Below, piece after piece: positions 37,049 through 46,220 of a DNA stretch of 64,000 nucleotides. Both the position numbers and the translations under genes were made by a program. The notes beneath the pieces were generated by a model. That model ran no database searches and was not told where the DNA came from. It saw nothing but the letters and a program-made list of their open reading frames with translations. Numbering within the stretch: the first letter of the stretch is position 1; every line of letters begins with the position of its first letter. The stretch spans positions 12 through 64,011 of the forward strand of contig CAIZMQ010000114.1 in assembly GCA_903934135.1 (NCBI GenBank), read 5' to 3'. Source of the DNA: an uncultured Verrucomicrobiota bacterium. Its GTDB lineage: Bacteria; Verrucomicrobiota; Verrucomicrobiia; Chthoniobacterales; JACTMZ01.

Positions 37049-37972
37049 ATGTCCGTTCTCATTGTTGGTTCCATCGCGCTCGACGACGTCAAAACTCCCG
37101 TCGAGGAACGTTTCGATCTTCTCGGCGGCTCTGCGTCCTACGCCTCCGTCGCCGCCGGTTACTTTTCCCCGGTTAATCTCGTGGCCATCGTCGGTGACGA
37201 CTTCCCCGCTGACCACTGGAACTTCCTCCAAGAGCGCGGGATCAACCTCGAAGGCGTGCAACGTGCCCCAGGGAAAACCTTCCGCTGGTCCGGCGAATAC
37301 ATGTGGGACATGAACACCCGGGAAACCCGCTCGGTCGCCCTCAATGTCTTCGAGACCTTCGCCCCGAAGCTTCCGGACCACTTCAAATCGAGCGACTTCG
37401 TCCTCCTCGCCAACATCGCACCCGACTTGCAACTGCAGGTGCTCGACCAGATGGACAAACCGAAATTCGTCATCGCCGACACGATGGACCTCTGGATCAA
37501 CATCGCCCAACCCGCCTTGCTCGACCTCCTCAAGCGGATCGACATGCTCATCCTCAATGACAGCGAAGCACGCGAACTGACCAAGGAAACCAGCCTGATC
37601 AAAGCCGGCAAAAAGATCCAATCCCTCGGCCCCCGCATTGTCGCGGTGAAAAAAGGCGAACACGGCTGTCTGCTTTTCGGCGAGGATGATGATTTCTTCA
37701 GCTGCCCAGCCTATCCGCTGGAGGATATCCACGATCCCACCGGCGCGGGCGACACCTTCGCCGGCGGCCTCACCGGCTACCTGGCCAGCCGCGGGAATCA
37801 CGATGTCGGCTTCAAGGCGCTCAAGACCGCCGTGGTCCTCGGCAGCGTGCTGGCCAGCTACAACGTGGAAGCCTTCAGCCTCGAGCGCCTGCGCTCGGTC
37901 GAACAGAAGGACATCTTCTCCCGCTTCACCGAGTTCCAAGACCTCGCCCACTTCGACGCCGATCTGCCGTAG
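37049..37972 (+). CDS. PfkB-family carbohydrate/nucleoside kinase
   Basis: GGSASYAS near the N-terminus and DPTGAGDTFAGG, the PfkB C-terminal signature. Confidence 0.8.
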   Translation: MSVLIVGSIALDDVKTPVEERFDLLGGSASYASVAAGYFSPVNLVAIVGDDFPADHWNFLQERGINLEGVQRAPGKTFRWSGEYMWDMNTRETRSVALNVFETFAPKLPDHFKSSDFVLLANIAPDLQLQVLDQMDKPKFVIADTMDLWINIAQPALLDLLKRIDMLILNDSEARELTKETSLIKAGKKIQSLGPRIVAVKKGEHGCLLFGEDDDFFSCPAYPLEDIHDPTGAGDTFAGGLTGYLASRGNHDVGFKALKTAVVLGSVLASYNVEAFSLERLRSVEQKDIFSRFTEFQDLAHFDADLP

Positions 37973-38046
37973 CCGCATCTGGACCAAAGCTGACCAAGGA
38001 CCGTTCCGGACTTCGTTCCCTTCGTTACCTTCTGTTCAAAAATTCC

Positions 38047-38487
38047 CTACCCGGCCAATTGCGCCGACGGGAACCAGATGTAGAGCATCAGGTAAACGAT
38101 CACGCCGGTCACCGAGACATAAAGCCAGAGCGGCAAGGTGATCCGCGCCCACTTTTTGTGCCGGTCATATCTCGCGCGCAACGCGGGAATCACCGTCATC
38201 AAGACGAGCGGCACAATGGCGGCAGCGAGGATGACGTGGGTGATCAGGATGAAAAAGTAGAGCGGATGAATGAACGGGTGCTCATAAGTGAAACGCACCG
38301 ACCCGACATGGTAGTGGTAGATGACGTAGCTGATCAGGAACAGGGTCGAGACCGTCAGCGCGGACACCATGCAGATGATGTGCCGGCGTTTGTGCTCATG
38401 CTTGATGAACCACCAGCCCGCGAGGAGAAGGAGGGTGCAAATGGAGTTGAGCGCGGCATTGACCGCCGGAAGATCCGCGACACTCAT
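38047..38487 (-). CDS. DUF420 membrane protein (family commonly linked to haem-copper oxidase clusters)
   Basis: 146 aa with four hydrophobic helices. LPAVNAALNSICTLLLLAGWWFIK...RHIICM...ILITHVILAAAIVP fits my recollection of DUF420. Start at the ATG at 38487. Confidence 0.6.
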   Translation of the reverse strand: MSVADLPAVNAALNSICTLLLLAGWWFIKHEHKRRHIICMVSALTVSTLFLISYVIYHYHVGSVRFTYEHPFIHPLYFFILITHVILAAAIVPLVLMTVIPALRARYDRHKKWARITLPLWLYVSVTGVIVYLMLYIWFPSAQLAG

Positions 38488-38720
38488 TGCGCGGAACCAT
38501 GTCCGGCATCGACCGTCTTGATCGTCTTCATAACAAACCAACCCAATCCGCTGCACAGCGCGAAAAGGAAGACCAACATGGCCACCACGCCCCACGAGAA
38601 AGCGATGCCGGCCATCACCGTGGCCGCTTCGACGTCTTCGCCGGGTTCACGGCAACCGGCACAAGCCCAAGCGGGGGCGCGAAGCAGGAGGGTTGCGAGA
38701 AGGATGGCTGGCGCTTTCAC
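38484..38720 (-). CDS. Micro-membrane protein with signal peptide and CAGC motif (78 aa)
   Basis: MKAPAILLATLLLRAPAWA-CAGC, then one TM helix (VMAGIAFSWGVVAMLVFLFALCSGLGWFV). Its stop overlaps the DUF420 start (ATGA). Confidence 0.45.
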   Translation of the reverse strand: MKAPAILLATLLLRAPAWACAGCREPGEDVEAATVMAGIAFSWGVVAMLVFLFALCSGLGWFVMKTIKTVDAGHGSAQ

Positions 38721-38950
38721 CAGATAAAAATACCCTCCATCGCCATTCAGAGCAAGTCACGGGTGGCGTCCGCCCGCTCCTGAGAACCAACGCATTTTTC
38801 AACACTGGGCGGACGGTTGCACCGGCCATTGCCACCGGTAAGACGCATGGGGACTTCATTTCTACCGGGATGAAATTCCTGCTGTCAGTGACCGCATCGG
38901 CAACTCGAATCCATTTGTCAGACTTGAAGTCCGCTCCTACCATAAAAAGT

Positions 38951-39319
38951 GTGATCAAAAGCAAAGCAGCTTTCTGTTTGGCAACCGTGCTGGCACTACC
39001 CGCTTGTGAACCCGCTTCCCAGACGGAAGACGATGTGACCACCGCACCTTGGGAATGCCTTTCGGCTAAAGTGACCATCGGTACCAACTCGATCGATACA
39101 GTCGTCCGCTACCACAAGTTTAATGGCGAGGCTCAGTTCCTCAATTCGGTCTCCTTCGCTTCGAAGACTACAGGCGCTCAAGGCAATGTGATCGGATGGG
39201 TTCCTCTCGGTGATTTGCGACCGGCTGTCCAAGAACTGATCCAGCGCGAGGAGGCTGCACAGCAACAGGCGCCAATCGCCACCCCAACCCCGACTCCCGA
39301 GCCGAAAAAGAAACCTTAA
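38951..39319 (+). CDS. Small putative lipoprotein with Pro/Thr-rich tail
   Basis: VIKSKAAFCLATVLALPAC is an atypical lipobox. The tail is PIATPTPTPEPKKKP. G+C is lower than the surroundings. Alternative ATG at 38870. Confidence 0.4.
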   Translation: MIKSKAAFCLATVLALPACEPASQTEDDVTTAPWECLSAKVTIGTNSIDTVVRYHKFNGEAQFLNSVSFASKTTGAQGNVIGWVPLGDLRPAVQELIQREEAAQQQAPIATPTPTPEPKKKP

Positions 39320-39385
39320 GGCGCCAAAGGCGTTCGTCGGCCCGTCTCGAGAAGGAAGAAAGGATTGCCGGCCCTGGCCCAGCGG

Positions 39386-42300
39386 TCAAAACTTGTAGCC
39401 CGCGCTGAGGTAGAGGTTCTGGCTGCTGTTGTCCTCGTTGGCCGCCGAGGCGCTGTAGATGAAAGTCGCCTGCCAGCGTTCGCCGAGGCTCACCGTCACG
39501 CCCGCGCCGCCGTAAAAGTTGTCGCGCGCCGGCGATGACGTGTTGTAGTTGAAGGGCGCAGCGGGTCCGCCCGTGGCAAAACTCGAGTTGATCGTATACC
39601 CGTTCTGCAGGAATTCATGCTGCCAGCCGGCAAAGGCCACCGGTGTGATGATCACGTCCTTCGACAACTTCCAATTGTAGGCTGCCTGCGCACCCAGAGT
39701 GTAGAGCATACTACTCGAGTCGTAGGGACTCACGTCGAGGTCGAGCGCATCGGCCCCCGTCTCGGTGAAGCCCTGCACACCCAGGTAGGTGTATTGCAGG
39801 GTGGTGAAGGGTCCGAAAGTCAGGTCACCGGCCTGGAAATCGTAACCGGTGCCCAGCGCCAGGTTGAATTCACCCGCACCCGGACGTCCCGTCGCCGTCC
39901 GGTCGAGTCCGCCGAAGTCGATGTTGCGGCTGACCGTATAGCCGTGATACGCGCCGCCGACCAAGGCGTTGAAGTAGAAGTCTTCCACCTCGTAGGTGCC
40001 GAAAACACCGAAGCGTACCGCGTTGTCGATCGTCCGGCCGCTGTCGTATTCGGCCTGTAGACCTTGGTATCCGACATACACGCCGGTGGCCAAGGCCTCG
40101 TTCCAGGAGTAAGCGGCGCCGGTCGACACCCCGCCACTCTGCGAACGGTAATTCTGCACCGAGCCGGTGCTCGAGGCGTTGGCGAAGACCCCGTTACCGT
40201 CGACGAAGGTCCCCCACCGGGTTTCTTTGGAGGGATTGATGGCAAAGACGCCCATGTCGTCCGTCCCTCCCATCTCGCCTTGCATCGGAGCAAGATTCAT
40301 CCCGGAGGAGGAGAAACCGCGTCCGCTGGAACGCACCGCCCACATGCGCTGGAACAACGAACTGTTCAGCGCATTGGCCACGTTGAAAACCATGCTCGGC
40401 AACGACGCATACTGTGAGGGCATCAATTGTTCGAAGGCCGCCGGATATTGCGAAATCGCGAGGGTGTCGAGTGCGGCGCTCACCGTGCCGCGGTCTCCCG
40501 GCGCTCCGATGAAGGTGTCCAATGCCTTGGCCACGCTGACTTGGTTCGGGGAGATGGCGAAGGACTGGTAGCTGATATCTTGAGCGGTCAGATAAAGGGT
40601 ATTCCCGTCGATGGACAACGTGTAGCTGCCCAGCCCAAGCACCCCGAAATCATCGGTCGAAAGCGTGGGAAGATTGGTCGAGGACAACAGTTTCACCGGA
40701 CTGCGCGGCAAGGCGGCCCCAGCCAGATTGAAATTGTTCACCCCATTGGTCAGCTTGAGTAACCCCGTAACATTGAGGAATTGTCCGTTGCCCGCCCCAG
40801 GCATCGCAATGACCGCAGCCCCATCCCAGAGCAGGGAACCGATGTCGAGTTGCGACTGCAACTCCAGCGTTCCGCCCAGCAAGGTCACGCCTCCGGTCCC
40901 CAGCGCGGTCTGTGATTGCGCGACGAGCGTCCCGGCGCTCACCGTGGTCGGTCCGGTGTAGGTGTTGGCTCCGGAGAGAACGGTCCATCCGGTTCCGAGT
41001 TGGTTCACCATACCGGCACCGGAGATCACGCTCGAAACGGTCACCGTGTTGCTCTGGTTGAAGTTGATCACGCCGGTGCCTGCGCCGAAAGCGATGGTCG
41101 GCGCGGTGATCGTACTCGCCGCTCCGTTGGCTCCGAAACGCCCGACGTTCAAGGTGCCGGAGGAGCCATTCGAGGCGGCAATAACAATGTTCGCCGCGGC
41201 GATCGTTCCCCCTTCAGCCACGGTCAGAGTATTGCCGGTGCCTTCAACGCCGACAAAGAGCGTATCGCTGTTCGTCCACGTCGAGCCCGACCCCGTCACT
41301 AACACGCTGTTGTTCGAGGAGTCAGCGTAGAAGCCGATGAAGCCATCGCGATTGGCCACCGTTCCCCCGTTGGAAATCACTAGGCTGTTGCCGCTACCAT
41401 AATTGCCGACATTGAGCTCATTCGCATTGGTCCAGAGTGAGGTACTTCCAGTCACCAGCACGCTGTTGTTCGAGGAGGTTGAGGCCACGCCGATGTAGCC
41501 ATCACCGCTACTCACCACGGTTCCCCCGTTAGTAATGACCAAACTGTTGCCGCTGCCATAATAGCCGACATTGAGATCGCCACTGTTGGTCCAGAGTGAG
41601 TTGCTTCCGGTCACCAGCAACGAGTTGTTGGAGGAGGTTCTGTACAAGCCGATGTAGCCATCATTGCTACTCGCCACCGTTCCCCCGTTAGTGATGACCA
41701 AACTGTTGCCGCTGCCTGAACCGCCGACATAAAGCTCTTCCGAATTCATCCAAAGAGAGCTGCTTCCCGTCACCAGCACGCTATTGTTCATGGAGGTGGG
41801 GCCCCCGCCGATGTGGCCATAGGTATTTGCCACCGTTCCCCCATTGGAAATCACCAGGCTACTGCCGCTGCCATCAGCGCCGACCAAGAGATCACTCGAG
41901 TTGGTCCAAGTGGATCCCGCGCCGGTCACCAACACGCTGTTGTTGGAGGAATTTGGATCGTAACTTATACGAGTCATGCCACTCGCCATCGTGCCGCCGT
42001 CGGATATAACCAGACTGTTGCTGCTGCCAGAATTACCGACAACGAGATCATTCGAATTGGTCCAAAGAGAGTTGCTGCCAGTTACCACCACGCTGTTGTT
42101 GGAGGAGTCAGCGTAGAAGCCGATGTATCCGTCGGAATTGACCACCGCTCCCCCGTTGGAAATCACTAGGCTGTTGCCGCTTCCATAATAGCCGACGAAG
42201 AGATCACCCGTATTCGTCCAAGCAGAATTTGTTCCAGTCACCAGCACGCTGTTGTTCGAGGCGGTGGATTGATCGCCGATCAAGCACATTCCAGTCACCA

Positions 42301-45300
42301 CAGTACCCTCATTGCTTATCACTAGGCTGTTGTCGCTGCCTGTATTGCCGATTAGGAGTTCAGTCGTGTTTGTCCAGGCAGATCCTGTCCCTGTCACCAG
42401 CACGTTGTTACTGGAAGATTGTATACCGATACGACCATTCAGACTCGCCACGCTACCCCCATTGCTTATCACTAGACTGTTGCTACTGCCTTGATATCCA
42501 ACAGTGAGTTCATTCGTATTCGTCCAAGCAGAGTTCGTCCCAGTCACTAGCACGCTGTTGTTGGATGAGGTAGAATCGAAGCCGATAGTGCCATTTCTAC
42601 TTTCCACATTACCTCCATTACTAATCACCAGACTGTTGCTACTGCCATAAAAGCCGACGATAAGAGAACCCGTATTCGTCCAGGCAGAGCTTGTTCCCGT
42701 AACTAGCACGCTGTTGTTCGAGGAGTTGGCTTCGGAGCCGATGTATCCGTCGGAATTGACCACCGCTCCCCCGTTGCTGATCACCAGGCTGTTGCTGCTG
42801 CCCAAATAGCCTACGTAGAGATCTCCCATGTTGGTCCAGGCCGAGTTAGTTCCCGTCACCGTCACAATGTTATTGGAAGAATCGTAAGTGCCGATAATTG
42901 CACTTCCGCTCACCACACTACCTTCGTTACTGATCACCAAGCTGTTGCCGCTGCTGCCCAAATAGCCCACGTAGAGATCTCCCGTATTCATCCAAGCAGA
43001 TCCCGCTCCCGCAACCGTCACAATGTTGTTGGAGGAGGTAGAGTCGGGGCCGATATAACCCGTCCTATTCATCACGGTACCCCCATTACTAATCACTAGG
43101 CCGTTGCTGCTTCCATAAGTGCCGACGAAGAGATCATACGTATTCATCCAAAGAGAGCTGCTTCCCGTCACCAGCACGCTATTGTTGGAGTTGTAGTTGC
43201 CGATAATTCCATTTTCACTCAGCACACTACCCCCGTTACTGATCACCAGACTGTTGCTGCTCCCATTAAGGCCGACGTAGAGATCGCTACTATTATTCCA
43301 GGCCGAGTTTCTCCCCGTCACCAGCGCGCTGTTGTTGGAGGAATTGGTCTCGAATCCGATGTAGCCGAAAAAGTTTTCCACTCGCCCACCGTTGCTGATG
43401 ACCAGGTTGTTGCCGCTGTTGGTAGAGCCCACGTAGAGATTGTTGGCTGCGGCCGCGTCACCATTGACCAAGGCCAGCCCGCCGTTGTCGATGTAGGCGT
43501 CGTTGGCCGCTCCGGGCACGGTGTTGTCGATCCAGTTCGCCGCGTTGGTCCAATCCCCGGCGTTGGTATTCCAGAGGTAGCGGGGCGCGTCGTAGTTGAG
43601 CACGAGACCGGTGGCGTTGGTGCCGAGCGAGAAGTTGGCCAGATCGAATCCGTTGGTCATGCTACCCGCGGCCCAGTCGAGCGAGAAATTCGTCCCAGCC
43701 CCCAGGCTAGGGCTCGTGCCGGTGAAGATGGTCCATGAGTTCGTCGCCCCCGGTGCCCAGAACGCGTCGCTCGCATCGACGGAAGGACCGAAGAACAGCT
43801 CGAAGGTGGAGCCCAAGTCCACGCTTAGGTTGTTGGCGGAGAGATCGACCGCGGGGGTGAAGTTGCCCGCGCCGCCATTGGTATTGCCCAGCAATTGCCA
43901 GACGAACGCGCTGCCGGTGGTGAAAGTGAAATCGCCGGCAATGACCAGCGCGTCGTCCACCCCGGGCGCGAGTTTGCCGGTGTTGGTCACGGTGACAAAT
44001 CCCGTGCCCAGCGCATTGGTGGATGTGGTGGCCAGCAGGCCATTGGCGATGACCGTGCCGCCTGTGTAGGTGTTGTTGCCGGAAAGGACGGTCGTTCCGT
44101 TACCGATCTGGGTGAAACGGCCCGAGCCCGAGATATTCCCCGAGACCGTATAAGTATCACCGCTTGATGGGGCAAAGATGAGTGAGGCATTGTTGCTGAT
44201 ACTTCCTGCCACAGGCGCCCCTCCTGCAGTCACTCCATCACCGAACTGTAGCGTGCCCTGTTTAATTCTGGTCAGACCAGTGAAGTCGGAGTTGTTCCCG
44301 GAAAGGACGGTCGTTCCGGTGCCGATCTCGGTGAGGCGGCCCGAGCCGGAAATATTCCCGCGCACTACGTAGGTGTCGGTCGATGCAGGAGAGAACACCA
44401 AGGAGGCGTTGTTGCTCATATTGCCTGCCACAGGCGCCCCTCCTGCAGTCACTCCATCACCGAACTGCAGTTGGCCATTTGTGATCGTGGTCACACCCGT
44501 GAAGCGGGAGTTACTGCCCGCCAAGATCGTCGTGCCGGAGCCGAATTGATTGATCGTGCCCATACCCGATAGGTGGCTGGTCAGGGTGAGGGCGTCGACC
44601 TGGTTGAAATTCAACGATCCGTTGGTACTGAGAAAACCCACTCTAATATGTGAAGCTGTGATCGTCCCTGCCGTGTCGCTTCCATTGAGAGCGCCTACAT
44701 TGAGCGTTCCGGGAGACTGGTAGGAAATGTCGATGAAATTGGTAGCTACGATGGAAGCGCCGTCAGAGACTGTGAGCGTGCCGGATCCCTCGTAGTTTCC
44801 ACCCACCGCAAGATCGTTGAAGCTCAGGAGTGAACCGGTTCCGGTGACCAGGACCGAGTTGTTGGAGGACTGGGCAAAGCCGATCGTCATGCCGATGTTA
44901 TCCAGGGAGATGACCTGTCCACCACTGGAGACCGTGAGCGAGTTTTCATTAGCCCATCCATTTCCTCCCTTCCCCACCATCATCCCTCCAGCGACAAAGA
45001 GCCGAGACCCTGAACCATCAACCATCACACTGTTGTTACTCGCATAAGAGCCAACTAAGACTCCGTCTCCGTTCCCCAGATCGACACCGCCGTAAACAAC
45101 GCCCCCATTGGAAACCACGAGGGAATTCCCGCCGGCAAAGGGACCTGCACCGACAAATAGCTGGGCACTGTTGCTCCAGCTAGAACCCGCATCGGTGACA
45201 AGGACATGGTTGGAATCGACCGACGGCACATCAGTGGTGTTCACTCCAACATAGCCATTACTGCTCACCACTTTTCCACCGCTGGAAATCACCAAACGAT

Positions 45301-46003
45301 TGCTAGCTCCGTTACCCATACGAAGATCGCCTAAATTCGTCCAGAGCGAGTTGCTTCCCGTGACCAGAACGCTGTTGTTCGAGGAGGTTGAGTCCAAACC
45401 AACAAAGCCCGCCGCACTCGCTACTGTGGCCCCATTGCTGATCACCAAACTGTTGCTGCTGCCAGAATAGCCGACGTAGAGATTCTCTGAAGTCGTCCAC
45501 CTTGACCCTGTTCCCGTGACCAGCACGCTGTTCCCGGACGAGGTGAATCGATCCCCGATAGAGCCAGCGGTATTCGCTACCGTGGCCCCATTGCTGATTA
45601 CCAAACTGTTGCTGCTGCCTGCGTAGCCGACGTAGAGAGTTCCTGAGTTTGTCCAAGTTGAGTTCGTGCCCGTGACCAGCACGCTGTTGTTGGAGGAGCT
45701 GGAATTGGCACCGATGGCGCCAGAAGTATTCGCCACCCTACCCTCATTGCTAATCACTAGGCTGTTGCTGCTGCCAGATTGGCCGACCGTGAGGCTCCCG
45801 CTGTTCGTCAAAAGGGTGCCGCCATTAAGGACGTTTAGTTGGTTGTCGGACGTGGCACCTCCGACAAGGGTATAGTCGTAGAAATTTATTCCGCTGGTGA
45901 TGTTGGTGGTTCCGCCATCGACAACAAGGTCTTGGGCAAAAACGAAGTGGCTCGTGACTTCTCCCAAGCAAAGCAACGCGGCGAAAAGATGGATTTTTTT
46001 CAT
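39386..46003 (-). CDS. Giant autotransporter (type Va) with repetitive beta-helical passenger (2205 aa)
   Basis: Signal peptide MKKIHLFAALLCLGEVTSHFVFA. The passenger has more than 20 units of about 50 aa (GSSNSLVISNGGxV...SSNNSVLVTGxxSxWTN) and PATR-like units (GTGTTVLSGNNSDFTGLTRIKQGTLQFG, GTGWTVLSGANTYTGPTTVSAGTL). The C-terminal region of about 280 aa is beta-barrel-like and ends YLSAGYKF. Confidence 0.85.
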   Translation of the reverse strand: MKKIHLFAALLCLGEVTSHFVFAQDLVVDGGTTNITSGINFYDYTLVGGATSDNQLNVLNGGTLLTNSGSLTVGQSGSSNSLVISNEGRVANTSGAIGANSSSSNNSVLVTGTNSTWTNSGTLYVGYAGSSNSLVISNGATVANTAGSIGDRFTSSGNSVLVTGTGSRWTTSENLYVGYSGSSNSLVISNGATVASAAGFVGLDSTSSNNSVLVTGSNSLWTNLGDLRMGNGASNRLVISSGGKVVSSNGYVGVNTTDVPSVDSNHVLVTDAGSSWSNSAQLFVGAGPFAGGNSLVVSNGGVVYGGVDLGNGDGVLVGSYASNNSVMVDGSGSRLFVAGGMMVGKGGNGWANENSLTVSSGGQVISLDNIGMTIGFAQSSNNSVLVTGTGSLLSFNDLAVGGNYEGSGTLTVSDGASIVATNFIDISYQSPGTLNVGALNGSDTAGTITASHIRVGFLSTNGSLNFNQVDALTLTSHLSGMGTINQFGSGTTILAGSNSRFTGVTTITNGQLQFGDGVTAGGAPVAGNMSNNASLVFSPASTDTYVVRGNISGSGRLTEIGTGTTVLSGNNSDFTGLTRIKQGTLQFGDGVTAGGAPVAGSISNNASLIFAPSSGDTYTVSGNISGSGRFTQIGNGTTVLSGNNTYTGGTVIANGLLATTSTNALGTGFVTVTNTGKLAPGVDDALVIAGDFTFTTGSAFVWQLLGNTNGGAGNFTPAVDLSANNLSVDLGSTFELFFGPSVDASDAFWAPGATNSWTIFTGTSPSLGAGTNFSLDWAAGSMTNGFDLANFSLGTNATGLVLNYDAPRYLWNTNAGDWTNAANWIDNTVPGAANDAYIDNGGLALVNGDAAAANNLYVGSTNSGNNLVISNGGRVENFFGYIGFETNSSNNSALVTGRNSAWNNSSDLYVGLNGSSNSLVISNGGSVLSENGIIGNYNSNNSVLVTGSSSLWMNTYDLFVGTYGSSNGLVISNGGTVMNRTGYIGPDSTSSNNIVTVAGAGSAWMNTGDLYVGYLGSSGNSLVISNEGSVVSGSAIIGTYDSSNNIVTVTGTNSAWTNMGDLYVGYLGSSNSLVISNGGAVVNSDGYIGSEANSSNNSVLVTGTSSAWTNTGSLIVGFYGSSNSLVISNGGNVESRNGTIGFDSTSSNNSVLVTGTNSAWTNTNELTVGYQGSSNSLVISNGGSVASLNGRIGIQSSSNNVLVTGTGSAWTNTTELLIGNTGSDNSLVISNEGTVVTGMCLIGDQSTASNNSVLVTGTNSAWTNTGDLFVGYYGSGNSLVISNGGAVVNSDGYIGFYADSSNNSVVVTGSNSLWTNSNDLVVGNSGSSNSLVISDGGTMASGMTRISYDPNSSNNSVLVTGAGSTWTNSSDLLVGADGSGSSLVISNGGTVANTYGHIGGGPTSMNNSVLVTGSSSLWMNSEELYVGGSGSGNSLVITNGGTVASSNDGYIGLYRTSSNNSLLVTGSNSLWTNSGDLNVGYYGSGNSLVITNGGTVVSSGDGYIGVASTSSNNSVLVTGSTSLWTNANELNVGNYGSGNSLVISNGGTVANRDGFIGFYADSSNNSVLVTGSGSTWTNSDTLFVGVEGTGNTLTVAEGGTIAAANIVIAASNGSSGTLNVGRFGANGAASTITAPTIAFGAGTGVINFNQSNTVTVSSVISGAGMVNQLGTGWTVLSGANTYTGPTTVSAGTLVAQSQTALGTGGVTLLGGTLELQSQLDIGSLLWDGAAVIAMPGAGNGQFLNVTGLLKLTNGVNNFNLAGAALPRSPVKLLSSTNLPTLSTDDFGVLGLGSYTLSIDGNTLYLTAQDISYQSFAISPNQVSVAKALDTFIGAPGDRGTVSAALDTLAISQYPAAFEQLMPSQYASLPSMVFNVANALNSSLFQRMWAVRSSGRGFSSSGMNLAPMQGEMGGTDDMGVFAINPSKETRWGTFVDGNGVFANASSTGSVQNYRSQSGGVSTGAAYSWNEALATGVYVGYQGLQAEYDSGRTIDNAVRFGVFGTYEVEDFYFNALVGGAYHGYTVSRNIDFGGLDRTATGRPGAGEFNLALGTGYDFQAGDLTFGPFTTLQYTYLGVQGFTETGADALDLDVSPYDSSSMLYTLGAQAAYNWKLSKDVIITPVAFAGWQHEFLQNGYTINSSFATGGPAAPFNYNTSSPARDNFYGGAGVTVSLGERWQATFIYSASAANEDNSSQNLYLSAGYKF
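41200..43444 (-). repeat. Coding tandem-repeat array B in the autotransporter (about 15 units of about 150-156 nt)
   Basis: Fifteen successive xSLVISNGGxV units. DNA identity includes a 41-nt exact match between 42118-42158 and 42736-42776, and an exact match of about 45 nt near 41741-41786 and 43143-43187. Boundaries are approximate. Confidence 0.8.
44810..45810 (-). repeat. Coding tandem-repeat array A in the autotransporter (about 6-8 more divergent units)
   Basis: The same motif family lies nearer the N-terminus (SNSLVISNEGRVANTSG, SNSLVISNGATVANTAG, SNSLVISNGATVASAAG, NRLVISSGGKVVSSNG ...). Boundaries are approximate. Confidence 0.65.
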
Positions 46004-46220
46004 GAGCGTGTTTTCGGGCTATGGCGGGCAGCGGTCTACCGGCACATTTTTGTAATCATGGGAGGCACGCAGCACCAAGGGCCTGAAATGAAAACAACAG
46101 ACTGAAAACTACCTCACCCCTTCGACCGGGCAAGCTGTTTTGGTTGCCGGGGACACTCGGCGCGTCTTCAACGCTGATTTCCCCGGACTTGCCTGCGGAC
46201 AATCAGCCGGGCGGCCGTTC

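Noticed and set aside
38693-38950. Upstream 86 codons of the 208-aa plus-strand ORF (RMAGAFTR... region), and the 146-aa minus-strand ORF at 38647-39087.
   Set aside because: The upstream part overlaps the CxxC micro-protein gene and intergenic DNA and has no signal-peptide logic. The minus-strand ORF is antisense to the small lipoprotein gene and has no motif. Only 38951 (or 38870) to 39319 is retained, at low confidence.
39386-46003. Possibility that the regular repeats of about 150 nt represent a CRISPR array or non-coding satellite.
   Set aside because: The repeats are in frame within one uninterrupted 2205-codon ORF that has a signal peptide and a C-terminal beta-barrel. There is no repeat-spacer architecture and there are no cas genes.
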